Notes: generated by a model not told the origin, from the sequence alone. A DNA stretch of 64,000 nucleotides from Candidatus Aenigmatarchaeota archaeon (GCA_026397315.1 JAPLVC010000006.1:1-64000); one strand, 5' to 3'; shown: positions 1-9,724, counted from the first letter of the stretch. Program-made: numbers and translations.

Positions 1-176
1 GCAGGCTTTTGCAAACTTTATTAATACGTTAGAATCAGATTTCACTGGGGACCCCCTCCTGTTTTTTCTCAACAATTAACAGTTGGGGACCATCCCCTCT
101 TATAAAAAATAGAAAGGATTTCTACACGGGTGTTTAAACATTATTTCGGCCATATTTTTTGACTTCCTGAGGCGAT

Positions 177-272
177 TCACAGTATCAAGGGGCTTATTAA
201 AAATCCAATTACGGCAATTATAGTCATGATTGCTAAAAGAATGATTGTATAAATTATCCAATTTAGTTTCAT
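177..272 (-). CDS. Putative 31-aa single-pass membrane peptide (MKLNWIIYTIILLAIMTIIAVIGFLISPLIL)
   Basis: Hand-translated ATG(272)..TGA(177); continuous hydrophobic stretch; below the ORF-track cutoff. Confidence 0.3.
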   Translation of the reverse strand: MKLNWIIYTIILLAIMTIIAVIGFLISPLIL

Positions 273-344
273 TATCCGCGCCTATTTCTTGACTTCCTGG
301 AGGACCAGATCGCCATTCGGATAGTCGGACCAGTCCAAGTCAAC

Positions 345-1904
345 TCACGCGAATTTCTTTATGATATTGCGCAGCAGCTCGATTCTCAGGCCGGTCTTCT
401 TTTCTATCGCTTTCAGTATGAGAATGTCATCCTTGCCCACGCCGCGCAGCACGAGCAGCAATAACGAGTATAGCGCTAGGAAGAGCACAAGCATCGTGCC
501 CAGTATGATTATGTTCAGAACCGGGAACAGGTATTTTGTTGCGTAGTAAACCAGGCTCATGGATGCGAGGCCTGCTGCGAACGCCTTGACTACGTCCTTG
601 TGGAACGGATGCGCTCTGCAGTAGTAGTATGCCTCAGCGATTGAAAGCGCTGTAAAGAATATGTAACTCAGCGTCGTCGCCACGGCCGCTCCCATTATGC
701 CGTAAGGTGGTATGAGCGTGTAATTTAGCAGCACCATCATGCCAAGCGATACGACGCCATTTACGAACATGAGTTTCGTTTTTTCAAAAAGGCTCAGTAT
801 GTTTATCGAGAACATGTTGAAATTGAGCATCAGAAAGCCGACGGCCAGGATGCCTAGTATGCTGCCTGCCTCTATGTATTCGTAGCCGAAAAGCGTGTTT
901 ATGACTGCATCCGGGAAGAACACGAGCACGAGGAACATGGGGAAGCCGAGATAGAACGACCACTTAGAAACCGTCTTGTAAGTCTCGCCGATTTCTTTCA
1001 TCCGCTTTTTCGAGAACATCTCAGATATGACCGGAAGGAAAACGCCGGCAAGCGCTAGGGACGGCATGCTGAGGAAATTGACCGTGGGCAGTGCAGTCTG
1101 GTATATGCCGACCTCGGCCGCGCTTCTCATTGCTCCCAGGAAGAGAGTGTCTATTTTGATAGCTGAAGACCACACCACGCCATAGAGCAGGAGGGGAATG
1201 GAATACTTCAACATCTTCTTCGTCTCGGATTTTGATTTGCTGCCTTTCTTCAATATAGGGAACAATTTCTTGTTCAGTATGTAAAAAGCGACGATAGACA
1301 TGCCTACATAGCCTATCGCGTAGCTCACGGTCGCTCCTGCCAGCCCAAGACCGTAGAAAAGCAGCACAAACATCATGGCGAGCGTGAGTATGGGCCTGAA
1401 AAAGTCCCTGGAGAACGCGCAGTAATCCATTCTCTTGAAGGCAACCAGCCCGGCTTCGGATATCTTGTACAGCGTGAAGAACGGCAACACGAACGAGAAA
1501 ATCTTAAGCACGTTGCTAAGCGCAAGGTCGTGGAAGAAAATGACCGCGATCTGGTCGGAAAAGAAAAACATTATGACAAAAGCAGTGATGCTCAGGGGTA
1601 TGGTTATCTTGATGGTGGACATGAAAACGCCCCTGATGCGCTTCTCGTCTTTTTTGGCTGCGTAAAATGGAACGTATCTGATTATCGCGGCAGGCAGCTC
1701 AAGCCCGGCGAAAAGCATGACTAGCGTAAGAATCGAAACGCCGAGATACATCAGGCCGTATTCATCGACACCCAGGTAGCGTGCAAGAACCAATCGATTG
1801 ACATATAATATCAGGTTCGATACGATGAGCCCGAGAAAGCTGATGCCGGCGCCCTTCGCCACCGTCCTCAGCGCGTCATCCCTTGCATCGCTCTCGTCTA
1901 TCAT
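345..1904 (-). CDS. Flippase, Wzx/MOP-family polysaccharide exporter
   Basis: About 14 TM segments; 'LARYLGVDEYG' and 'LIPPYGIMGAAVAT' motifs; start moved to ATG 1904 (MIDESD). Confidence 0.9.
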   Translation of the reverse strand: MIDESDARDDALRTVAKGAGISFLGLIVSNLILYVNRLVLARYLGVDEYGLMYLGVSILTLVMLFAGLELPAAIIRYVPFYAAKKDEKRIRGVFMSTIKITIPLSITAFVIMFFFSDQIAVIFFHDLALSNVLKIFSFVLPFFTLYKISEAGLVAFKRMDYCAFSRDFFRPILTLAMMFVLLFYGLGLAGATVSYAIGYVGMSIVAFYILNKKLFPILKKGSKSKSETKKMLKYSIPLLLYGVVWSSAIKIDTLFLGAMRSAAEVGIYQTALPTVNFLSMPSLALAGVFLPVISEMFSKKRMKEIGETYKTVSKWSFYLGFPMFLVLVFFPDAVINTLFGYEYIEAGSILGILAVGFLMLNFNMFSINILSLFEKTKLMFVNGVVSLGMMVLLNYTLIPPYGIMGAAVATTLSYIFFTALSIAEAYYYCRAHPFHKDVVKAFAAGLASMSLVYYATKYLFPVLNIIILGTMLVLFLALYSLLLLVLRGVGKDDILILKAIEKKTGLRIELLRNIIKKFA

Positions 1905-2039
1905 AAAATAGATTTGGTCGGCGTCGGAATAAATACGCAAAGAAAACGGCTGAATTAACAGGACAATCACGCAGTGTATTTATTTTACCGTTCCATATTG
2001 AAAGTATAACGCACGAAGGCATATGGCAATGTGAAGTGC

Positions 2040-2447
2040 ATGAAAATCGGAAATTTTTCCAAAGGCAGCACGCGACTTTTCCTAAATTATGTTATTTTAG
2101 CGGGCATCGCTACCGCCGTCGACCTATGCCTGCTCTATGCGATATCCGAGTTCGCCGGCGTGTGGTATTTCTATGCAGCCGCTGTATCATACGTCGCTGG
2201 CATGCTGACCAATTACATGCTAAACAAATATCTGAACTTCAGGAACAGCAGCAGGAAGATTGCACACCAGTTCACGGTTTTCGCAGCAGTTTCGCTCACC
2301 GGCCTGGCGTTTAACCAGATTATACTCTACTGTCTGGTGGAATTCGCAGGTATATGGTATATGTATTCTAAAATCACGGCCGTGTTCATAGTTTTGTTCT
2401 GGAATTTTTACGGTCACAGGAAGTTTACTTTTAACATTTTCAAATAG
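2040..2447 (+). CDS. GtrA family protein
   Basis: Small 4-TM protein with 'ATAVD..L', 'NYMLNKYLNF' and 'WNFYGHRKFTF'. Confidence 0.85.
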   Translation: MKIGNFSKGSTRLFLNYVILAGIATAVDLCLLYAISEFAGVWYFYAAAVSYVAGMLTNYMLNKYLNFRNSSRKIAHQFTVFAAVSLTGLAFNQIILYCLVEFAGIWYMYSKITAVFIVLFWNFYGHRKFTFNIFK

Positions 2448-2467
2448 CCATAGCTGCGTGACAGAAA

Positions 2468-3409
2468 TCACATCTGGGTGCTGAACCAGTCAATCGTTTT
2501 CTTCATGCCTGCTTCAAAACTGATTATCGGTTCCCATCCCAGTTTATCCTTGGCTCTTGTTATGTCCGGTTTTCTTCTGGTAGGGTCGTCCTTGGGCAGC
2601 GGATGGAAAGTTATTTTGGAGTTTGAATTGGTCATGTCTCTTATCATCTTGGCCACATCGACGACTTTGCGTTCGTCAGGGTTGCCCATGTTCACAATCT
2701 CGCCGGATTTTCCGGAGTTCATGAGTCTGGTCAGGCCGTCAACCATGTCGGTAATATAACAGAAGCTGCGTGTCTGGCTGCCGTCGCCGTATATGGTTAT
2801 GTCATATCCTTTAAGCGCCTGCATGACGAAATTGGGAATGACTCGGCCGTCATTCGCCCTCATGCGCGGGCCATAAGTGTTGAATATCCTGGCTATCTTG
2901 ACATCGACGTAATGCATCTTGTTGAATGCCATGGCCAGCGCCTCGGCAAAGCGCTTCGATTCGTCGTAGCACGAACGAGGGCCGATAGGGTTCACGTGAC
3001 CCCAATAGTCCTCGGTTTGAGGATGCTTTTCTGGGTCACCATAGACTTCAGACGTCGAAGCGAGCAGTATCCTGGCGCGCTTCTCGTTCGCCATGTCGAG
3101 CATGTTCTTCGTGCCGAGCGAGTTGACCATCATGGTCTCGATGGGCAGCTTCTGGTAGTCGATAGGCGATGCCGGTGACGACATGTGGTAAATCTGGTCC
3201 ACGGGACCGGCGATTTTTAAGCCTCTTGAAACGTCCTGCTCCATGAAAGTGAAATTCGGATGGCGGAGCAGAAGCTTGATGTTGTCCTTCTTCCCTGTGA
3301 CTAAGTTGTCGACGCATACCACTTTATCGCCTTCGTCGATGAGCCAGTCGCAGATATGCGAGCCTATGAAGCCCGCGCCGCCGGTAACAATGATTGTTTT
3401 ATTTGCCAT
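2468..3409 (-). CDS. UDP-glucuronate decarboxylase-like extended SDR (NAD-dependent epimerase/dehydratase)
   Basis: TGGAGFIG, SPASP, STSEVYG, YDESKR, RIFNTYGPRM, DDPTRRKPDI. Confidence 0.9.
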   Translation of the reverse strand: MANKTIIVTGGAGFIGSHICDWLIDEGDKVVCVDNLVTGKKDNIKLLLRHPNFTFMEQDVSRGLKIAGPVDQIYHMSSPASPIDYQKLPIETMMVNSLGTKNMLDMANEKRARILLASTSEVYGDPEKHPQTEDYWGHVNPIGPRSCYDESKRFAEALAMAFNKMHYVDVKIARIFNTYGPRMRANDGRVIPNFVMQALKGYDITIYGDGSQTRSFCYITDMVDGLTRLMNSGKSGEIVNMGNPDERKVVDVAKMIRDMTNSNSKITFHPLPKDDPTRRKPDITRAKDKLGWEPIISFEAGMKKTIDWFSTQM

Positions 3410-4241
3410 TCTCTTCCTCGTGTTTCTTTATCTTCTCCATCATGCGCTCGCGCTCCTCGTATTGTTTGTCGACGTTCATCGTGGCGCCGAGGAATTTTTC
3501 CGTTTCCTTGACCGTGTTCCATTTGCCTATGTCCAGATACTTCCCCTTTAGCACGAAACCGTTTATCTTCTCGCCGCTCTTGATGGCGAGCGCCATCGCG
3601 TCGGTGAGCTGCACCTCGTTCTTCATGCCGGGCTTCGTTTTTTCAATGTATTTGAAAATCTTCGGGTCGAAAACATACGCGCCGCACAATGCATAATATT
3701 TGCCGCCGGTCGCCAGCTTTTTCGCCGCGTCTTTGGACGGCTTCTCCATCATGCTCTCCACATGGCCGACGCCATTTTTGAGATTTTCGAATTTCGCTAT
3801 GCCGTAGCCGCTGACGTCGTCGACTTCGAAAAGCATGATCGTCGCTATCGGTCGCTCCTTTTTGTGATAGCTGATAAGCTCGCGTATCTCTTCCTTGGGC
3901 TCTATGAAAGAGTCGCCGAGAAGCGTGACGAATGTCTTGTCTATCCAATCCTTGCCCTGCAGTATGCTGTGGCCGAGACCGCGCCTGGTCATCTGGTACA
4001 GATAAACGACGTTCACTCCGAAGAAAGAGCCGTCGCCCACGTAGTCCATGAGCGCTCCTTTCTGGTAGCCCACTATCATGTAAATCTTGTCCACACCGCC
4101 GACTTTCAGGTTCTCTATGGTGTGTTCTATGACGGCCTTGCCGAATATGGGATACATTTCCTTTGGTACTGCGCGCGAGAAGGGATACAGCCTCGTCCCT
4201 ATGCCCGCAGCAGGTATGAGTCCTACAATATCATGCATCAT
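3399..4241 (-). CDS. Sugar-1-phosphate nucleotidyltransferase (RmlA/GalU-like)
   Basis: PAAGIGTRLYP..PKE, EKP, EVQLTDA, YLDIG. Confidence 0.9.
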   Translation of the reverse strand: MMHDIVGLIPAAGIGTRLYPFSRAVPKEMYPIFGKAVIEHTIENLKVGGVDKIYMIVGYQKGALMDYVGDGSFFGVNVVYLYQMTRRGLGHSILQGKDWIDKTFVTLLGDSFIEPKEEIRELISYHKKERPIATIMLFEVDDVSGYGIAKFENLKNGVGHVESMMEKPSKDAAKKLATGGKYYALCGAYVFDPKIFKYIEKTKPGMKNEVQLTDAMALAIKSGEKINGFVLKGKYLDIGKWNTVKETEKFLGATMNVDKQYEERERMMEKIKKHEEENGK

Positions 4242-4242
4242 G

Positions 4243-4863
4243 TCACCTTTTCCCGGTGCGCTTTGGGGATTTACTCCTCGTTTCGCGCCTTCTTGGTTTA
4301 ATTAATTTGCGGGGACGTTTTATAAGCATTGTTTTGCATGCGCAAAGAGAACACCTTATTTTTCCGGCCCAGACAAGCCAGGCTACCCATGTTAATAACA
4401 CCAGCGCTATAAGGCCAAACTGCCAGAAAATGTCGTGTATCAGGTTCGCCGTTCCTATGCCATACGCCTTCCAAACGAGCACGACCACCATTATTCTGGC
4501 GAGGTTGCCCAGATAGATTACCATCAAGCCAGCCGCGATACCAGCGAATCTCCTCTTCCATGCGATGCGCGGCACCGCGCACACCAGCGCGGCCAGCAGC
4601 AGCATGCTTTTCCACCCGGTGCAGTCCTCCGAAACGATGAAGGCGATGCCATCAGCCGCTATGAGAAACCCGCTCCTGTAGGCGCTGAAACCGAACAGCT
4701 GGAGCAGCGAAACGACATTCGCGCTCACTATCTCTTGCAGCGGCAGCAATATGTTCTGCAGCTGCATTATCACATAAAGCGGTATCGAGAAAACAAGTAT
4801 CTTTATCAGAAACAGCAGTGTTTCCAAAAGCCTCTTCTGCGTCTGGTCGAGCCGGACCTTCAT
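4243..4863 (-). CDS. Archaeosortase/exosortase family protein
   Basis: Multi-TM with candidate Cys-Arg-His triad: 'SEDCTGW', 'GNLARI', 'LIHD'. Confidence 0.8.
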   Translation of the reverse strand: MKVRLDQTQKRLLETLLFLIKILVFSIPLYVIMQLQNILLPLQEIVSANVVSLLQLFGFSAYRSGFLIAADGIAFIVSEDCTGWKSMLLLAALVCAVPRIAWKRRFAGIAAGLMVIYLGNLARIMVVVLVWKAYGIGTANLIHDIFWQFGLIALVLLTWVAWLVWAGKIRCSLCACKTMLIKRPRKLIKPRRRETRSKSPKRTGKR

Positions 4864-4922
4864 AATTATTAATTTGTTTTCTGGTTAAAAGCACGCTTAG
4901 AATTATAAAACCGGGCGGCATA

Positions 4923-5525
4923 ATGAAAGACATGAGCGGTTTCAGGTTTGAGCTTTCAAGGCAGATTGTTCACATTTCAGGCATACTTTTCATAATATTC
5001 GCCCAGTTCATAGGCAGGGAGACGACGATTCTGTATTTCAGCCTCATAGCCGCTTTTTTCTTCCTTTATTCCTGGTATATCAGAAATCAGGAGAAGCGCG
5101 TGCAAAACATGCTCAGCAGGATGGAATCGAGGTTCAGGGACTTCACTCTCAAATTCGAGAGAAAGGATGCGAACCCGTTCATGGGAGCGATGTTCTTCTA
5201 CATCGGGTGCACCATTGCTTTCATTGTTTTCCCTTTCAACATAGCTTCAGCAGCAGGTGCCATGCTGGCAGTCGGCGACTCACTTTCGACGATCGTAGGA
5301 ACGAGGCTCGGCAGGCACAAAATAGGCAAGACTAATAAAAGTTTCGAGGGCTCGGCAGCCTGCTTTGTCGGCTCGTTGTTGGCGGGCGTCATTTTCGTCG
5401 CGCCGCATATTGCGGTGCTGGGCGCGATCGCAGCGGCTGCGGCTGAACTGCTGCCTAAAATAAATGATAACCTTTCGATACCTGTAGTATCGGGCCTGGT
5501 AATGTTAATCCTTACCATGTTTTAG
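4923..5525 (+). CDS. Dolichol/phytol kinase-like protein (SEC59/DGK1/VTE5 family)
   Basis: 'RQIVH', 'GDSLSTIVG..LG', 'KSFEGS', 'NDNLSIP'. Confidence 0.85.
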   Translation: MKDMSGFRFELSRQIVHISGILFIIFAQFIGRETTILYFSLIAAFFFLYSWYIRNQEKRVQNMLSRMESRFRDFTLKFERKDANPFMGAMFFYIGCTIAFIVFPFNIASAAGAMLAVGDSLSTIVGTRLGRHKIGKTNKSFEGSAACFVGSLLAGVIFVAPHIAVLGAIAAAAAELLPKINDNLSIPVVSGLVMLILTMF

Positions 5526-5535
5526 AATTAGCGCA

Positions 5536-5973
5536 TTAACCCGCGACTGATTTCTGGCCCTGCTTTTTGGATGCCATGAAAAGTTCGGTTATCTGCTCGA
5601 CGAGTTTGGGCTCTGCCGCCATTATCTCCATTGCGGTCACGACTCCGATAAGAACGTTGTTCTCGACTATGGGCAGCCTCTTTATGTTGTGCTGCGTCAT
5701 TATTTCCGCGGCTTCGCTGACTTCTGTCTCGGGCCCGACGACTATGACCTTTCTGGTGACTATTGTGCCCAGCTTGGCATCAAGAATGCCCTTTTCGTTC
5801 TTGGCGACTTTCTTGACGAAATCCCATTCGGTCACGATGCCTATAAGCTTCTCCTTGTCCGTGACTATGAGAAACTTAGTGTCTTGTTCGACCATCTTCT
5901 TGGCCGCGTCGTGAAGCGTGATGTTGGGGCTGACGGTCACCACGTTCCTGTTCATTATCTCCTTAACCTGCAT
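5536..5973 (-). CDS. CBS-pair domain protein
   Basis: Two CBS repeats ('LIGIVTEWD', 'IKRLPIV..LIGVVT'). Confidence 0.9.
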   Translation of the reverse strand: MQVKEIMNRNVVTVSPNITLHDAAKKMVEQDTKFLIVTDKEKLIGIVTEWDFVKKVAKNEKGILDAKLGTIVTRKVIVVGPETEVSEAAEIMTQHNIKRLPIVENNVLIGVVTAMEIMAAEPKLVEQITELFMASKKQGQKSVAG

Positions 5974-6106
5974 GAATAGTTATTGGAAGAACTGGTATAA
6001 ATTAGAAAGAACACTGAATAAGGCGATGTCAAATTAACCACTAATAACTGGTAAAAATGCTTTTATAAGCATAATTATTCTATAAAAAATAAACACGTGA
6101 GATATT

Positions 6107-6847
6107 ATGGCTTTCGGATTACAATCATCCATAAATGCCCTTTACAGTGAACCGGGAATGGAGGCTCTGAAAAAAGCAGTCGATGTTACGTCAGCGCATG
6201 GCATAGCGGTCAATAACGTCATTTCGAATAACGCTGGCATACCCATTCACTACTTTTCGAATGGCCCCGACGGCATATTTCTTATGCAGGAGCCTGAGAA
6301 TGAAAATTACATAAATCTGGGCCTTGGCAACATGCGGTACAAAATACCGAACCTGTTTCTTGGCGGGGCGCTTGGCGTTTACGGAAAAACAAAAAATGGC
6401 GACAGGGTCATAGGCATAAAGCCCAAGTTCATAGAAGGACCCTACAACAGGGAAAAGCTCGCCGAGTATGAGCAGGCCGCGGACATAGCCAGACTTTTGC
6501 TTAAAAAAACGGCAAGAGGTTCGGAAGAGCGCGCTTTTCTGGAAGATTACACAAGGACAGCCGCAAATGAGATAAGCCTCATGAAAAATCCCAGAAAAAC
6601 TTCGAGATATATATTGACACACGAAAGCACGCACAGGGCCCTCGACGACATAAAGGCTTCATCCAAACTCAGCACCGAGATGGAAGAAGGCATAACAGAA
6701 AACATAGCAGAGGACGTCGTCGGTTATTCCTTGCTTGGTCCGAAGGCATATTATACAGCGCTAAAACAATGGGTAAAAAACATATTTGGCGGCAAGAGCG
6801 GCGTATATGGCAAAGTAAGAACTATGGCCATGTCTCCCGGTTATTAA
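6107..6847 (+). CDS. Hypothetical protein with HExxH...E zincin-like motif
   Basis: 'LTHESTH' followed by 'EEGITE'. Confidence 0.55.
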   Translation: MAFGLQSSINALYSEPGMEALKKAVDVTSAHGIAVNNVISNNAGIPIHYFSNGPDGIFLMQEPENENYINLGLGNMRYKIPNLFLGGALGVYGKTKNGDRVIGIKPKFIEGPYNREKLAEYEQAADIARLLLKKTARGSEERAFLEDYTRTAANEISLMKNPRKTSRYILTHESTHRALDDIKASSKLSTEMEEGITENIAEDVVGYSLLGPKAYYTALKQWVKNIFGGKSGVYGKVRTMAMSPGY

Positions 6848-6986
6848 TTTTTAAGAAAAAGGACCATGTTTAAACATAAAATGAGGCATCGTTACCTATT
6901 TCTATAGGCTCTGCCAAATAATTAACAGGAAGTTGGCCGATATGCTTATTCGAAAGAAGAGCCTTAAAATACAGGAACGGCTAGGG

Positions 6987-7820
6987 ATGAGAATAGGCAT
7001 AGCCTACGGCAGCGCAAAGACGCCTATCGTGAAAAAGCCTTCCGAAGCTTTGAACGTGTTGGAAGACCTGTATCGCGTCGGCTTCCGCGCATTCCTCCTG
7101 CCGAAGGAGCTGTTCGCCAACATAAAGGACGTCTCGGACCTTTACAAGGAGCAATACACCAGCCTGCTCAAAATCAAGACCATCGCCTCCAAATACAACA
7201 TCGAGCTCGCGATACACAACAACTCGCTGCCGGAAGAGCCGGCGCTGGACAACGTTTTCAAGATTTACTGCAACATCGCAAATGTCATGGATGCCAGGGC
7301 ACTAATCATACACCCGAATTTCTACGGCCGCATGCCGCACAGCCAGGCGCTGAAACTGAGCGTCTACAAGATAAACGAGATAGTGAACGAGATGCGCATA
7401 CGCTCGAAGGTCGGCATAGAGACCACGGGACAGGTGAACGATTTAGGCAGCATCGAGGACGTAATAGACATGGTGAAGCGCACGACGAGAACCGAACCAG
7501 TCCTGAACTGGGCGCACATACACGGCAGGGATAGGGGCGTGCTCACACATGACACTGATTTCAGGAAAATCGTCGACAAGGTGCGCGCCGAGGTAGGGCA
7601 GCACTGGATTAACGACGCGTATTTCATATTCTCAGGCGCTGATTACGACAGGAATGGCGCCGGAAAGCACAAGTCCATCGCCCGCTCGGACATGAAGCTC
7701 GAGCATCTCATAAAGACCATACAGGCCCTGAACATTAAGGGCACGCTAATATTCGAAACGCCGAATCGCGAGAAGGACATCGTCGACATCCTGCAGGACC
7801 TCGCGGACATGGTCAGGTAA
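6987..7820 (+). CDS. Endonuclease IV / AP_endonuc_2 TIM-barrel homolog with degenerate metal ligands
   Basis: 'IETTG....GS..D', 'WAHIHGR', 'GTLIFETP..E.D' follow the archaeal Nfo layout; start may be 6942 or 6987. Confidence 0.7.
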   Translation: MRIGIAYGSAKTPIVKKPSEALNVLEDLYRVGFRAFLLPKELFANIKDVSDLYKEQYTSLLKIKTIASKYNIELAIHNNSLPEEPALDNVFKIYCNIANVMDARALIIHPNFYGRMPHSQALKLSVYKINEIVNEMRIRSKVGIETTGQVNDLGSIEDVIDMVKRTTRTEPVLNWAHIHGRDRGVLTHDTDFRKIVDKVRAEVGQHWINDAYFIFSGADYDRNGAGKHKSIARSDMKLEHLIKTIQALNIKGTLIFETPNREKDIVDILQDLADMVR

Positions 7821-7842
7821 ATCTTATAATTTCTCTGGGGAA

Positions 7843-8409
7843 ATGAAGAGCATGATAATAACCATTTCCGGCATGCCCGGCTCCGGCAAGAGCACGGTTG
7901 CAAAAATACTCGCACGACGCCTGCGCATGAAGCGCTATTACGTCGGCATGATGAGGCGGAAGATGGCGAAGGAAATGGGCATGACGCTTGCCGAGTTCAA
8001 TAAACTTGGCGAAAAAGAAGACTGGACCGACAGGAAAGTGGACGATTACCAGAAAAAGCTCGGCGAGAAAGAAGACAATTTCGTCATAGAGGGCAGGACC
8101 AGTTTTTTTCTGATGCCGCAATCAGTGAAGGTTTTTCTCGACGTTGACATGAAAGTCGGCGCGAAAAGGATTTTTGACGAATTGAAAAAGGGCGAGTGCG
8201 GCAGGAACGAGGGCGAGTTCAAAACGCTGAAAGAGGCTGAAAAAAGCGTTATAGAGCGGCACACCAGCGACGTCAGGAGATACAAGAAATACTATGGTGT
8301 CGACATAACGGACAAGAGCCAATACGACATGATCATAGACACGACCAGGCTTTCTCCAAAACAAGCCGTGGAAAAAATAATTGCAGAAATAAAAAAACTG
8401 AAAAAATAA
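7843..8409 (+). CDS. cmk: Cytidylate kinase (archaeal type)
   Basis: ITISGMPGSGKST, VIEGR, RYKKYYGVD, YDMIIDT. Confidence 0.9.
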   Translation: MKSMIITISGMPGSGKSTVAKILARRLRMKRYYVGMMRRKMAKEMGMTLAEFNKLGEKEDWTDRKVDDYQKKLGEKEDNFVIEGRTSFFLMPQSVKVFLDVDMKVGAKRIFDELKKGECGRNEGEFKTLKEAEKSVIERHTSDVRRYKKYYGVDITDKSQYDMIIDTTRLSPKQAVEKIIAEIKKLKK

Positions 8410-8418
8410 ATCAGCGGC

Positions 8419-9663
8419 TCATGCCTTTGCTTGACCTTTCAGTATCCTGCCTGCTTCCTTGATGAACTTCCTGACGTATTCCCTGTGCATGAGTATGTCA
8501 TTCTTTTGGAGATCGAGAATCTTGCCGTCCTTGACGAGTTTCTTCATCTTGCTCAGCTCGTTGAAGACCTCGAGATATGTGTCGGCCACGAGGCCGGGCT
8601 TGACGACGTAAGTCTCGAAATACTTGCTTAACTCATCTTCTTTTTCAGGCGTCTTGTCCATCGACTTGAGAATCGTCATTATCGTTTCCGCCATGATGGC
8701 ATACGACTTTTCGATGAGGTTCTCGCGCTTCAGCACCTCGACGCGGACCAGCGTTTTTTGCATCTCCTTGACGAACTTCTTCGACTTGTCTATCCAGTCG
8801 TCAAGTTCCTGTCCGGATAATGCCTTGAGATGCTTGTGCTCTATATCCTTGCGCCTCTTTATCACGCCATCCAGCCAGTCGGCGAATTCGGGTTTGACTA
8901 ACTTCATGTCGACCAGTGTCTTGCGCATCGCTTCCGGCGCGTCGCTCGGTCTCGGCGGGTTCTTGCCCAGGAACATCAGCACCGCCTGCAAGCTCTCGAG
9001 CATCGCGTAGTAGCAGTCTTCCGCGACCATGTACATCTTCGCGGTCTCGATTCTCTTTATCCTGCCGGGTGCGCGCTCGATGTATTTCTCGACAGCTTCT
9101 TTGGACGGCTTTATCTCGCCCATTTGCAGAAGCCGCTTTATCGGCAGGAATATGTCCCTGTCGAATACTGGTACGCCCTCTCGGATGAAGTTGAAAACGA
9201 TGGGATGCCCTATCCGCACCATGTTCCAGAACTCGGTCAGCAGGTAAGGCTGCTGCACTGACAGCTTGTCGGAAAGTTTCTTCGCTATCACGTCCAGCTC
9301 TTCTTCGACCTGCTCCTTGAACGCCGGTGTGATTTTGTGTTTCGTGTCGTCGAGAATTATGAACACGTCGATATCGCTGTCTTTATGCCACGAGCCGCGC
9401 GCGCTCGAGCCGAACAGGACGACAGAGCGTACGAGAGAACCGTATTTCTTCAGCACTTCTTTCGTGAACTTCTTGAGAATGAGCACGCGCTTCTTCTCGT
9501 CCTCGGCTTTGTTGAATTCTTCCTTCTCTTTGGCGCCTGCCTTGGAATCTTTTGGTTGTTCCTCTTCGTCGTGTGGCATTTTCAGAGAGCCTTCGTCGTC
9601 CGCGAAATCTTCATGCTGCGGCTCATTGTCAGGTTTCGTTTTGGTGAGCTTTCCTTTCGCCAT
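8419..9663 (-). CDS. Minimal nucleotidyltransferase (MNT) fused to HEPN domain(s)
   Basis: 'LFGSSARG....DSDID' (Pol-beta superfamily); 'CYYAMLESLQAVL' and R-x4-H 'RKDIEH'. Confidence 0.8.
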   Translation of the reverse strand: MAKGKLTKTKPDNEPQHEDFADDEGSLKMPHDEEEQPKDSKAGAKEKEEFNKAEDEKKRVLILKKFTKEVLKKYGSLVRSVVLFGSSARGSWHKDSDIDVFIILDDTKHKITPAFKEQVEEELDVIAKKLSDKLSVQQPYLLTEFWNMVRIGHPIVFNFIREGVPVFDRDIFLPIKRLLQMGEIKPSKEAVEKYIERAPGRIKRIETAKMYMVAEDCYYAMLESLQAVLMFLGKNPPRPSDAPEAMRKTLVDMKLVKPEFADWLDGVIKRRKDIEHKHLKALSGQELDDWIDKSKKFVKEMQKTLVRVEVLKRENLIEKSYAIMAETIMTILKSMDKTPEKEDELSKYFETYVVKPGLVADTYLEVFNELSKMKKLVKDGKILDLQKNDILMHREYVRKFIKEAGRILKGQAKA

Positions 9664-9724
9664 GTTAATTATAAGCCAGCCGGAAATTTATAAGTTTAAA
9701 ATTGCAGGCGGCCAAATAATTAAG

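Noticed and set aside
282-344. In-frame continuation after the flippase TGA (VDLDWSDYPNGDLVLQEVKK*) suggesting readthrough or recoding
   Set aside because: Only 20 codons, which is expected by chance; other genes here end at TGA at their normal C-termini
9266-9724. 153-aa N-terminal extension of the 945-aa ORF
   Set aside because: Antisense to the MNT-HEPN gene; a clear signal peptide begins at ATG 9725
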